From Eledone cirrhosa (Eukaryota): DNA of 64,000 nt. The DNA lies in contig OZ024740.1 of the NCBI GenBank assembly GCA_964016885.1, positions 84,010,001-84,074,000 of the forward strand. Reading direction: 5' to 3'. The notes under the pieces were generated by a model. The model saw only the letters and a program-made list of their open reading frames with translations. It did no database searches and was not told the DNA's origin. The position numbers were made by a program, and so were the translations under genes. Below are positions 12,151-24,122 of the stretch, one piece after another; position 1 is the first letter of the stretch, and each line of letters opens with the position of its first letter.

Positions 12151-14055
12151 ATGTTAAACGAAGCTAACGAAAATAGTGGTGGGGGGACAGCGGTAAGAGT
12201 CGTAAGCTCGCACGCTTTAGTCCCCCCTTCCTTCCCAACTAACGTCATAGAGAAGGAAAGAAAAAAGAAAATAAAAACAGACGAATGTGCGGAGAAAAAT
12301 GGCGAAAACACAAATCTGGAGATTGATTCCAACAACAACAAAAATTTGAAAAAATTGCATGACAATATTAATACCACAAACAAAGACACAACAAACACAA
12401 AAATAACATTTGAAAACAACATCATAACAGAAAGCAAAGCAGACGACAAAGTCAACACCAATAATATTTTATTTGCACAAACAACAAAGAAATCTTTAAC
12501 ATATATACCTGAAAATATTTCAGATGTGGCACAAAGAATAAAAAACGCCAAACAATACATAACTCAAGGGGAAAATGGTACCTTATCGGTAAAAATGCCT
12601 CAAGAACTCACCAAAGATATTGAAAGTCGGACGGTCGTTTTCCGCACCATCAACAACATCTCTAAAAAACTTCAACAACCAACACAAGGAGAAATTAAAG
12701 CAGTACTTACAGAAGTACTTAATGAAACCACTTTCATAAGAAGAGACAGACTGTATGGAAGCCTAGCGATTATTATGAAGAACGAATCAGCGGCAAAAAA
12801 ATATGCTTTGTCGCCGATTCGTTCGACAAATTTTACCTTTTATCCATCTTATATGGGTAAAAGAACTCAGCGCATATGGCTGGATACGATGATGCCAGAT
12901 GTGGACTACTGCTGGCTCATAGCTGGCTTCATCGATCCAGTGAATGACAACGTGATTTCCATTGGGAAAACCACAGGCAATGCGTTCAGTGGAACAGGTA
13001 TAGAACTTGTAGTGCAAATGAAGCCTGAACGCATTGCCCAAATACCCGACAGAATCCTATTAGAGGGCCACGGGTATATAAACATTAGCGTGGAGGGGAG
13101 AAGGCCGTCCTGTCATATCTGTGCAGGCAGAGGGCACCAGAAGGCGGCTTGTCCCCAACTCAACAAGAAGAAAACCCTGCTACCAACACCAGCTCCACCA
13201 CCACCACAACAGATAAACAAACAACAAAACTCAGTCCCACCCAACCCGTCCCTCAGTAAAACTACACCACCACAACAACACAAACAGACACAACACATTA
13301 CCCAAAAACAAAACACAGTCCCACCCAACCCCTCACTCAATAAAACAACACAACCACCGCAGCCACAACACACAACACAGTCTAACATAGTGACATCCAT
13401 CTTCCCCACAAAGAAAACCAACACGGAAACTTTACCAGCAAACATACCTCTTCCCTCCAACACCGAAGATAACCCAACGAATTCGGAGGAAGAAACGGAG
13501 TCCTTCAGACAGATTAAAAGGAAAAAAAGAAAACATGTGCAAAACACACAAGGCCAAACAACCCCCACCCAAATGTCAACACAATCCAACAAAACACAAA
13601 ACACCCCTCCAGCAACAAACAAAACCAAACCTGCCCCTCCCCTCTTCGAAACACTCACACCATCGGAAAAAAAGACATTACACTATACTTACATCAACAG
13701 AAACAATAATAAATTAAATGAACTCATAAACAATAACCCTTCGGTACAAACCGAAGGGGTAAACTTTGTTTCTTCAGAAAACTACCCACATTTAAAATTA
13801 ATAAAGATCCCAATGAACCTCTACCAAAAACTAAAAAAGGATTTTAAGGAGGACGTAGGACCAGCCTCTGTCAAACCCATAAACCGCGTCCTACTAAAAA
13901 GCTTTCCCCCTCCCCTTCCCCTCCCCAACACAACTCCAAACACCCCAACCCCACCATACACTGACGACCCCACACCACCACAAGACACCCCTTCATCCAA
14001 CACCCCCGACCCCATGGAAGTCGTGCGACCCGAACCCCGGGAAGCAGAAAGGTAG
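12151..14055 (+). CDS. LINE ORF1 protein (634 aa; CCHC zinc knuckle, P/T/Q-rich C-terminus)
   Basis: Uninterrupted ATG-started ORF containing VEGRRPSCHICAGRGHQKAAC, immediately upstream of the endonuclease/RT frame. Confidence 0.85.
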   Translation: MLNEANENSGGGTAVRVVSSHALVPPSFPTNVIEKERKKKIKTDECAEKNGENTNLEIDSNNNKNLKKLHDNINTTNKDTTNTKITFENNIITESKADDKVNTNNILFAQTTKKSLTYIPENISDVAQRIKNAKQYITQGENGTLSVKMPQELTKDIESRTVVFRTINNISKKLQQPTQGEIKAVLTEVLNETTFIRRDRLYGSLAIIMKNESAAKKYALSPIRSTNFTFYPSYMGKRTQRIWLDTMMPDVDYCWLIAGFIDPVNDNVISIGKTTGNAFSGTGIELVVQMKPERIAQIPDRILLEGHGYINISVEGRRPSCHICAGRGHQKAACPQLNKKKTLLPTPAPPPPQQINKQQNSVPPNPSLSKTTPPQQHKQTQHITQKQNTVPPNPSLNKTTQPPQPQHTTQSNIVTSIFPTKKTNTETLPANIPLPSNTEDNPTNSEEETESFRQIKRKKRKHVQNTQGQTTPTQMSTQSNKTQNTPPATNKTKPAPPLFETLTPSEKKTLHYTYINRNNNKLNELINNNPSVQTEGVNFVSSENYPHLKLIKIPMNLYQKLKKDFKEDVGPASVKPINRVLLKSFPPPLPLPNTTPNTPTPPYTDDPTPPQDTPSSNTPDPMEVVRPEPREAER

Positions 14056-14059
14056 GCCT

Positions 14060-17000
14060 CTACACTCTCCTTTGGCTTTGCCGCCCACATGGATGTGTGA
14101 AGAGTAGGATGTTTGAATGCCTGGGCTCAACTTGGAAGCAAGCAAAGCTTCTAAATGACCTCAGGTCACGTGGTATAAATGTAATGGTTATCTGTGAGAC
14201 TCGAATCAGCGTCGTGCGGCAGCTGGCCCCTACTTTCGATGACTTTGAGGTGTATGCATCTCTCTGTCAACCTGGAGGTGAGGGTGGGGTTGTCGTACTG
14301 CTGGAAAAACACCTGGGTCTCGCCGTACAGGTTGTTCACTCGGACCCGGAAGGTCGTTTGTTGGTGATAGACGTTGGCAGTAGTGAAGGTGTGGCCTTGA
14401 GACTGGTCGCCGTCTACTCCCCTTTCGGAGCTGAACGACCCGACTTCTTCCAGCGTCTGGAGACTTTTCTGGGAACGTCTCGTTCCCTACTTCTAGCGGG
14501 GGATTGGAATGACTTCCTAGATGCACGTTGGGACTATGCAGGAGCATGTCCTAATAGAGGGGGGTGTAACAGCCTCAAGGGGTTACTCGACCGTTTTAAC
14601 TTAGTCGATAGATATCGACTAGATTTTCCAACTGTGCCAACCTGGACTTGGACGAACCACAGTGGTCAATCTAGATCGTACTTAGATAGATTCTTAGTTA
14701 GAAGTAAGGATAGGGACATATTAAGCTGTCCAGAAATGCTCACGGTAGGCTATACAGATCACAAATTAGTGACCTGCGTAGTCAATCTCGAGAAAACACA
14801 TAGACAGGGTCCCGGTTACTGGAAACTTAATTTGTCTTTACCGGCAAAAAAGACTTACAGAAACCGGATTAGCAGATTAGTTAAGGAGAGGTTGACGGGT
14901 GCAATCGTCAACAAACGATGGTGGGCATCTCTCAAAAGAGAGATTAGACAGAATCAATAAGTTATAGCAAGATGTTAGCTGACGATAGGAATAGGAACGA
15001 GAAAGAATTAACAGGTAAATTAGAAGAGGCAATCAAGAGCGAAGATATGGCCAGAGTGCTGGCATTGAGGACGGCCTTGAGCCAGTGTTTCGATGCAAAG
15101 CACGAAGGCTGCGTCATTCGAAGGGCGTAGTCTTGCTGGTGAGGAAGGACGAGAACAAGGGGGATAGTATAAATAATTTTCGGCCCATAACCCTGCTAAA
15201 CACAGAGTTAAAGATTTTGGCCAAGGTTAGGCAAAGAGGTTGACGCTTGTCGTGGGTGGCCTGGTGGGAGATGCGCAGACATGTGCTATCCCATCCAGGT
15301 CCATTCACGATAACCTCCACCTCATGCGATACATCATAGAGAGGGTTGGCAACAAACTCGGTTTCGGTGGGGCCCTGATCAACTTGGATCAGTCTAAGGC
15401 GTTCGATAGGGTCGACCATGGTTACCTGGATGCGGTGCTAGCGGCGGCTGGGTTCGGTCCTGTTTTCAGAGGCTGGATCACTGCCTTACATAGCAACCAC
15501 ATCTGTTCTAGGATCAAGGTGAACGGCTACCTTTCGAAGCCGTTCGAAATCACACGATCCATTCGACAGGGGTGCCCTCTCTCCTCCCTTCTGTACGCAT
15601 TGACTCTCGAGCCTTTACTGAGGAAGTTGGATTTGTTGCAGGGTATCCCCCTGGAACCAGGATTGAGCAAAGTGGTGTCGGCCTACGCCGATGACGTAAC
15701 AGTAATGGTATCGACCGACTCGGAGATCGAGGCGATCGGTACCTTACTGGAGGAGTACGAAAGGTTGTGAGGAGCGAAACTGAACCGGGAAAAATCTATC
15801 GGGCTGCAACTCGGAACGTGGAGAGGCAGACCGATGCCTCCCGACGGTGTCGTCGGACACTGGACGGAGGGCCCGGTGAAGTTGCTTGGGGTCTGGTTTG
15901 GACCGGACTTCCAGGTGGAAAAGATCTGGGGTGAGGTTACGAACAAGGTGTTTGCACTAACCCAGAAATGGGCCAAGTGTAAGCTGTCCCTAAAAGATCG
16001 GGCGGGGGTGGCGAACATTTACATAGCGTCCGTCACTTACTACCGCCTGACTGTCGTGCCTTGCCCTAAGGAAACATCACCACCATGGAACGCATGCTCT
16101 TTCAATTTCTTTGGAAGAAGCGCCCTCCTATGGTGAGAAGATCCATCTGCTGCCAACAACCTTCGAAAGGAGGGCTGGCGATGCCGTGGTTGATGATGTG
16201 TAGGCACGCATTAAGGCTACGGCACCTACATGTATTCCTCACTGATCAACCTGTGTGGGCTCCGTTCGTGAAACGAGCCTTTCCGAGACTGGTCTCGCTC
16301 ACCGAGCTGCAGTCCTGGGTCAAGCAAAGATCCGGAAAACTGGGAGACTGGCACACTGAGTGTGCCCAGGCGCTCAGGGCTCTCTGGCAAGCGGACCCGG
16401 CCATCGGTGGAGAATCCACCTCGTCATTCGATAGAGGGCTGGTGGCTAGCAGGGGCGATGACACCCTTGGAGAGTCACTGGACATGGAAGAGGACGAGCT
16501 GGCCAGCCTGTTCGGTAGGACTTTCGGCCCGGGACCAATGGACAACTTCCAGAAGTCACTAGCCTGGCAGTGCTACCGGGGGGGGGCTCTACCCGTTCGA
16601 GAAAAGCTCTACAGACACGGGCGCCCGGGCAGGGATTCCTCGAAAAAGATTTACCCTAGATGCGTACGTCACGAAGAAACCGTTGCGCACGCATTGGTGC
16701 AATGTCCGGACGTGGCTGATCTGTGGGGCTACGCCGAACGACTGCTGTTGCGGTTGGCGCCGATTCGATTGACCGCCGAGTCCGTGATGACAATCAAGCC
16801 GCCTCCCCTCTTCACAAAGGAAGAAAAGGCGGTTTTTCTGTGCGTAATAGCCATGTTGAAAGAGGTTGTTTGGTGGACACGATTGAAAGGTCTGAGGTCA
16901 GGCAACTTCCTCTCTGGCCATAGTCTGGTCTACTTCTTCCGATATCACTTCGGAAGAAGGATAAGAATGGAAAGAGAGGTGCTTGGCGACAGGCAGTTTT

Positions 17001-17068
17001 ATGAAAGGTGGGTGATAGTGGCGAGAATGATTCGTGTAAATGGGCCTTCTCTGTATACCATCCTGTAG
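14060..17068 (+). pseudogene. LINE ORF2 pseudogene (APE endonuclease, RT, zinc-binding domain)
   Basis: ICETRI, GVVVLL, VAVYSP, AGDWND, SYLDRF, TDHK, AYADDV. Contains frameshifts, a stop at 15768 and a deletion at 15121. Confidence 0.9.
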
Positions 17069-17283
17069 GTAAAGAAGTGAAGGAGAGGGGAGCACCTTCT
17101 CCGTGTGCTCCCCGGGCAAAGGATTGCACACTTTATCGGGGTGGGTGCAACCCCCATCACGCCCCCTCCCTTTTGAGGTTGTTTTCGATTATTTTCATTT
17201 TATACCCCTTTTACTCGGTTTTATGTAAACTCCTCCTTTGTATTTGTCCCTTCTTTTTATGCCTTTATGGTAAATAAAGAAAT

Positions 17284-17306
17284 ATATATATCTATATATC
17301 TATCTA

Positions 17307-17341
<35 letters not shown>

Positions 17342-17612
17342 GTATATATATATATGTGTGTATGTGTATATATGTATGTATGTTTATATATATGTGTGTA
17401 TGTGTGTGGGGGGGGGGGTATATACGTATATGTATGTATATGTATGTGTATGTGTATGAATATGTATGTATATATGTATATATATATGTGTGTATGTGGG
17501 TGGGTGTATATATGTATATGTCTGTATATGTATGTGTATGTGTATGAATATGTATATATATATATGTATATATATATGTGTGTATGTATGTATATATATG
17601 TGCGTGTATATG

Positions 17613-17657
<45 letters not shown>

Positions 17658-17999
17658 ATGTATATATGTGTATATATATGTAAAAATGTGTGTATATATG
17701 TGTGTGTATGTATATATATGTATGTATATGTATGTATATGTATATATATGTGTATGTGTGTGTGTATATATATGTATATATATATATATAGATATATATA
17801 TGTGAGTGTGTATGTATGTGTGTGTATGTATATATATATATATGTATGTGTATATATATATATATATGTATGTGTATATATATATCATATATATATATAT
17901 ATGTATCTTTGTGTGTGTGTGTATATATATATATATGTATATGTATATATATGTATGTATATGTATATATATATATTTGTGTGTGTGTATGTGTGTATC

Positions 18000-18045
<46 letters not shown>
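17284..18045. repeat. Compound (TA)n/(TG)n microsatellite
   Basis: Directly visible. Confidence 0.95.
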
Positions 18046-18049
<4 letters not shown>

Positions 18050-18341
18050 GTATTTTGCAATACACTTTATGCTTAATTAAAAGCATTTTGAAGACCGTAA
18101 GCTATTGTTTGCTGAGATCAAAGTAAGTGAATTTGTCACTACTTTAAAACAATAGCTTACGGTCTTCAAAATGCTTTTAATTAAGCATAAAGTGTATTGC
18201 AAAATACATTATATATACATCCATATATATATTGCTATTTCAGAGCTCCAATTCTAATTTTTAATTTCTGCCTGACCAACAACCGCTCTGCATAATCAGC
18301 TTCTGAGTATTTACTAGATTTCTATAAGAATATAACATCAA

Positions 18342-18436
18342 TGATATCGGTAGACAGGAGGGGTAGTTGGCCTTGATAAGCTTCAACCAAAGCGAAACAA
18401 GACTTGTCGGCTTATCTCCCCTGTTTGCTGAGATCA
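18342..18436 (+). ncRNA. Extended type I hammerhead ribozyme, U3:A8 core variant, unit 1
   Basis: GGCC-TTGATAA-GCTT CAACCA AAGC-GAAA-CAAG A CTTG-TC-GGCT. Predicted GUC cleavage after 18408; long bulged stem I. Confidence 0.82.
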
Positions 18437-18657
18437 AAGTAAGTGAATTTGTCACTACTTTAAAACAATAGCTTACGGTCTTCAAAATGCTTTTAATTAA
18501 GCATAAAATGTATTGCAAAATGCATTATATATACATCCATATATATATTGCTCTTTCAGAGCTCCAATTATAATTTTTAATTTATGCCCGACCAACAACC
18601 GCTCTGCATAATCAGCTCCTGATTATTTACTAGATTTCTATAAGAATATAACATCAA

Positions 18658-18752
18658 TGATCTCGGTAAACAGGAGGGGTAGTTGGCCTTGATAAGCTTC
18701 AACCAAAGCGAAACAACACTTGTCGGCTTATCTCCCCTGTTTGCTGAGATCA
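18658..18752 (+). ncRNA. Extended type I hammerhead ribozyme, unit 2
   Basis: Same core. Predicted cleavage after 18724. Distal stem I is TGATCTCGGTAAACAGG/CCTGTTTGCTGAGATCA. Confidence 0.8.
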
Positions 18753-18973
18753 AAGTAAGTGAATTTGTCACTACTTTAAAACAATAGCTTACGGTCTTCA
18801 AAATGCTTTTAATTAAGCATAAAATGTATTGCAAAATACATTATATATACATCCATATATATATTGCTATTTCAGAGCTCCAATTCTAATTTTTAATTTC
18901 TGCCTGACCAACAACCGCTCTGCATAATCAGCTCCTGATTATTTACTAGATTTCTATAAGAATATAGCATCAA

Positions 18974-19068
18974 TGATCTCGGTAGACAGGAGGGGTAGTT
19001 GGCCTTGATAAGCTTCAACGAAAGCGAAACACGATTTGTCGGCTTATCTCCCCTGTTTGCTGAGATCA
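18974..19068 (+). ncRNA. Extended type I hammerhead ribozyme, unit 3
   Basis: Same core. Predicted cleavage after 19040. Stem III has substitutions (ACACGATTTGT). Confidence 0.75.
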
Positions 19069-19220
19069 AAGTAAGTGAATTTGTCACTACTTTAAAACAA
19101 TAGCTTACGGTCTTCAAAATGCTTTTAATTAAGCATAAAGTGTATTGTAAAATACATTATATATACATCCATATATATATTGCTATTTCAGAGCTCCAAT
19201 TCTAATATATATATATATAT

Positions 19221-19559
<339 letters not shown>

Positions 19560-20375
19560 TATAGATAAATCTACCAAAATATACGGTAGTGTCCAATCCG
19601 TATGAAGAACTCAATGTAATCCAAATATCATGAAAAGAGAAGATGCATTCAAACTTTTTCGATGAAAATCATAGGAAAACAGAGTCAAGATAAGTTAATA
19701 AAAACAATGAATAAAAACAAAGAACAAGTTCCTTATATTAAAAAATTCAACATTTTACGATCGTTTCTAGGATATATATGTGTTGGTATGTATATCATAT
19801 AGATCTATGTAAAAATATTACAAACTATCAGAGGAAATATACATACCTTCACATATATATGCTGTGTATATGTGTATATGTATGTATATATATACGCATT
19901 TGTGTATGTGTGTCTGTATATATGTATTTGTATGTGTATATATGTATTTATGTGCGTGTGTGTGTGTGTGTGCGTGGGCGAATGTGTGTTGGCGTTTTTG
20001 CTTGTACTAACCTACCATTTCCAAAGATGTTCGATCAACTACTTGATACCTTTTGTTCAAAATTGTACTATACAATAGGGTAGTGTTTATTTCAATTGCA
20101 ACTTGCCACTAAACTTCTTTCTCTAAATAAATTTTGTTTTTTCTAGGAATCCACATCCTTTAATTCCACCATGAACTTTACCCCCCCACACACCCACCGA
20201 ACCACTACCCTTTTCCATGACACAATGTATAAATACTGGAAATTAACATTGCCAGTCGGCTTTCGGATAATTTCCTCCGAATGAAACAGTTCTAGTCCTG
20301 TAGGAGCCATTTCTATATTAAATTACTATTACTCTGCTATGTATTGAGTGGTTATCCCCGATTTAGCCGGGATCT

Positions 20376-20444
<69 letters not shown>

Positions 20445-20539
20445 GAACATTGTAGCGTTGGCGGATGTAGTGGTACTGGTGGTGGAGGTGATGCTGAAGT
20501 TGTTGGTGGTGTTGTTGTTTGCCTTGTGACATTTAATGT

Positions 20540-21000
20540 CCTCTTACTCACTTTTCCTGTATATGATTTTAGTTTTTGAATTTTCCTCCCTTCCTTTGGA
20601 AATACGTCTTCACACTCTATTTTTGTATTCTTCGCCGCATGACCTGTCCGAGTGATCAGAATTAGTGTTAGGCATCTCCTCAGAAGCGAGCGTGTAGTAT
20701 ATGTTCTTAATCCCTGCTGTTCCAGCTACTGTTGGTGCTGTTCTTGCTGCTGCTAATGTAGTCCTTATGTTGCTGGTGAGGGCGCGATTTGTCATGGGTC
20801 GTCGGTAAGCTTCTCACGCCACTTCTATCTGTTATGAGTAGAAAGTCTCCGAATGTGTATAAGCTCCATACAAGAGATATCTCGAAATTCTACCCTCCAT
20901 CATCAAGAGGTGTCATGTGCCAGCAGGCGGGGTAATTGAATCGTGGATGGCTTCCAAACTCTCTTCATTTGATAGCATCAGGATTTCTATTCAGATATCA
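20540..21000 (-). pseudogene. Decayed LINE ORF1 fragment related to the Tx1-like ORF1
   Basis: Minus frame MEGRISRYLLYGAYTHSETFYS aligns without gaps to VEGRRPSCHICAGRGHLKAACP, with all three Cys changed to Tyr. Boundaries are approximate. Confidence 0.45.
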
Positions 21001-21249
21001 TTCCCAGAGCAGAAGGAACGGTAAAATTAAGCACAGACTAATACATAACCCAAACCCCAGGACTTACAAATATATAAAGCATACAAAAGATAGTACTACT
21101 AAGCACTGCACACATATCACGAAAAGTACTATCAATACAATAGTAACAAAATCAGCAAAAAATACACTGCCCATACACAAGGCGCTCAGAGCTGTGCTCG
21201 GTAAAGCAGTAATGATGCGCAATAAAAATAGTAATGGAAATAATAATAA

Positions 21250-21450
21250 TAATAAAGGTTTCTGAATTAGGTACAGAACCAACAATTTGGGGAAGGGGAA
21301 AGTCGATTAAATGGACCACAACGCGTTAGTGGTACTGCATTTTATCGACCCCGTAAGGATGAAAGGCGAAGCTAACCACAGCGTGATTTGAAATCTAAAC
21401 ATAGAGGTGTTTAATTATATGCCGCTAAGCATCTTACCTGATGCTCTACA
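21250..21450 (-). mobile_element. tRNA-derived SINE, diverged
   Basis: Reverse complement contains GCCTTTCATCCTTACGGGGTCGATAAAAT, shared with 54637-54833. Confidence 0.75.
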
Positions 21451-21576
21451 GAAGAAGAAGAAGAAGAAGAAGAAGAAGAAGAAGAAGAAGAAGAAGAAGA
21501 AGAAGAAGAAGAAGAAGAAGAAGAAGAAGAAGAAGAAGAAGAAGAAGAAGAAGAAGAAGAAGAAGAAGAAGAAGAA
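21450..21576. repeat. (GAA)n microsatellite
   Basis: Directly visible. Confidence 0.97.
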
Positions 21577-21844
21577 ACGCGAATGTCTGAGCATGCTTTT
21601 CGACGGCTTTCAGGTTTATAGACTCAGTGATTTCTGTTTCTGTACTCCATCAATCCACAAGTCTTGCGTCACAGCTTCCAACTATTTCTTACGATTAAAG
21701 CCATTTAACAGTAAAAGCTGTCGAGGGTACAAGCAGACTAACGAACATAAACATAATATATATATTTATACATGTATGTATATAGATATACATACATGTA
21801 TATATATATAACTTGTAAAGTTATATATATATACATGTATGTAT

Positions 21845-22995
21845 ACCCTTCCAAACACCCTAACAATAGACTACCTGTATTAGACACGGAACTCTGGATT
21901 AACACTTTAGACGAGATAGCCTAAATTCTCCACTCACACTACGCTAAATCTATGGCCTCCAAATACCTGATACTCAAAAACTCAGCAATGTCCAGTAGTG
22001 CTAAGTTTAATATTATGATCGCAGACTTGGTACGTGTGATGAAGAACGTGTCCCGCATATGCGACCCAACAGAAATGGAAAGACACATCCAACACTTCAT
22101 CAACCGCATGCAGTTCTCTGGCTACAACCAAAGAGACAGATCAGAGTATACGAAGGAGCCACGAAAAAGTATAAGATCCTCATACAGGAGCAAATCATGG
22201 AATAGCTTAGATAGGACTAGACATAAGATAGGGAAAGCCACCTCATGGTACGACAACCAGAGATACCAGAGAGTCATGTTCGTGGACGCTACCCCTGGAG
22301 AGAAATTAGCTAACCAGTGTAGAAAGGCCCTGAGAAAGACCCACTTAAAGATTAAGGTGGTAGAAAAACCAGGAACCACCTTAAAATCCCTGATCAGCAA
22401 AACCTACCCTTTTAAGAAAACCCACTTTACTAATGGGAAATGTATTATATGTAAGGTAAACCCCCGGATAAACTGTAAAACTAGAAACGTAGTCTATAGC
22501 ATAAGATGTACAGAGGGTACTTGCAGAAACATGACTACAACATACATAGGCAAGACAGCTCGTAGCATAGGTGAAAGGATAGATCAACACTGGGGAGGGG
22601 GACTAAAAGGACGAAAAAACGGTTCAGTACTATATGAACATGCTAGACAACAACATGACGGTAACATAGACAACATAGAAATTAAAATAATATCTAAACA
22701 TAGAAATGACACAGCAGATAGGCAAATCAGAGAGGCCAGCGAAATAGAACTTAGAAGGCCAAAGCTAAACAGAAAAAAATGAATGGAATAACAATAGCAC
22801 CCAAACAAACAATACTGACCTAAGAGAAGTATAAATAAATAAATAAATATACACATAAGCACAATAACAACAAACACATATAAACACACACTAGTAAAAA
22901 TAGAATACAATAACCAAAACACAGTCACCCAAACACGAACACACATCAAACACTATACACACAGGCAAATGCATGCGCAGTGAAGAAGACAAAAG

Positions 22996-23026
<31 letters not shown>

Positions 23027-23290
23027 ACAGATTAAATAAAGATGGCGTAGACATACAATACAACAGGAGGAAACATAATAACACCACCGACGATGTTGCA
23101 GATGTGCAACGAAAGAACTTTGTTAGGCTATATATATGTGTTTGTGTCTATATTATATCTGTATTTTTGACCGTTGGTCAGGCAATAGAAAACATTGAGG
23201 ATCGAATAAATTAGCTGATATAAAAGATACAGAAGCAAAAGCCAACCAAACAGTGAGTGTGTTCCGTTATTAATTCTGGCAATATTATTA
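21845..23290 (+). mobile_element. 5'-truncated Penelope-like element of a third lineage (possibly Naiad-like): thumb, GIY-YIG and 3' UTR
   Basis: LPVLDTELW upstream. ORF 21952-22782 has MASKYLILKNSAM, MQFSGY, VMFVDATPG, IKVVEKPG, CIIC..NCKTRNVVYSIRC, YIGKTARSIGER and RQIREA..I...RPKLNRK. A hammerhead-like motif lies downstream. Confidence 0.85.
23084..23124 (+). ncRNA. Degenerate hammerhead-like motif in PLE 3' region
   Basis: CCGACGA-T-GTTGCA GATG TGCAAC-GAAA. Perfect 6-bp stem II; core has U4 changed to C; stem I weak. Confidence 0.5.
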
Positions 23291-23857
23291 CACAAATATG
23301 ATCCTCCGCAAATTCATATGTAACCCATGTGCAATCACGCAGCACCCCATTTTTCTTATATTTATATTTTTTCCTCAGCTAAGATTGTCTGTTTCTTTCT
23401 TACTGCTTCCCCTCTCTCTGTATCTCTCACCTTCTTTTTACCCCCTCTGCCAGTCACACTCTCTCTCAGCTGGCCTCTTCCTCACACTTCCACTCACTCA
23501 CACTCTGCTTCTCCCTCTCTCTCACTCCCTCCCGTTTGACTTGTGTGAAACCCTTTCTCGCTCACATTTCACACAAGTCGGATGGTCTGTATCTCTCGTC
23601 CATGATTTCACCAAGCTTAAGCTTATAGATATCATGTACTTGTCTCTTCCTATCTTTCCGTTGCAATACTATCTTTGTTTGTTTACATGTCTCGCTCGAT
23701 TCACGCTATTTTACTTGTCCCAATAACTTTATTTAGTTATTGCTCGCACCAAACCAGTGGTATATGATTTTTAAAGCGATGAAATACCAATGAAGGTTAG
23801 AAGATCACTGATGAAGGACTATGTAACCCATGTGCAACCACGCAGCACTCCATTTTT

Positions 23858-23894
<37 letters not shown>

Positions 23895-23955
23895 GCACAC
23901 TCAAACACATACACACACACGTGCGCATACACACGCATACAAACGCACGCACACC

Positions 23956-24011
<56 letters not shown>

Positions 24012-24122
24012 TCCAGTTCCTCAGAGAAATAACAACCCAACTTAGGAACTGGGCATTTCAGAGTATTGACAAAATTATACACCTCAACAACATGTGTACT
24101 TGTCTATACCACACTAATTCGG

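Larger units (their letters stand above)
11922..17283 (+). mobile_element. Tx1/L1-clade non-LTR retrotransposon, copy 2 (451-bp deletion in ORF2)
   Basis: Same 5' start (TCTAGCTGTC) and 3' end as copy 1. Intact ORF1, broken ORF2. Confidence 0.93.
18040..19206 (+). mobile_element. 316-bp tandem array (about 3.5 units) of a hammerhead-containing non-autonomous retroelement (retrozyme-like), with a 5' inverted segment
   Basis: Unit marker TGTTTGCTGAGATC at 18106, 18422, 18738 and 19054 (period 316). 18040-18110 is the reverse complement of ~18147-18216. Flanked by (TA)n. Confidence 0.85.

Noticed and set aside
7235-17277. Antisense and alternate-frame ORFs over the LINEs
   Set aside because: Shadows of ORF1/ORF2 with no independent motifs.
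17257-18086. Long YI/CV/HT-repeat ORFs here and at many other microsatellites
   Set aside because: Translations of (TA)n/(CA)n tracts that lack stop codons; not genes.
18106-19206. CRISPR array or protein-coding repeat (85-aa minus-strand ORFs)
   Set aside because: Whole units repeat with no unique spacers and there are no cas genes. The ORFs have non-ATG starts and no motifs, and G.U pairing favours plus-strand RNA.
20250-20300. Hammerhead-like TTCGGA/TCCGAA-TGAAAC
   Set aside because: No recognisable CUGANGA core or stem I.
21407-21811. Poly-Lys ORF (and poly-Glu/Arg ORFs at 58232-58490)
   Set aside because: (GAA)n microsatellite translations.
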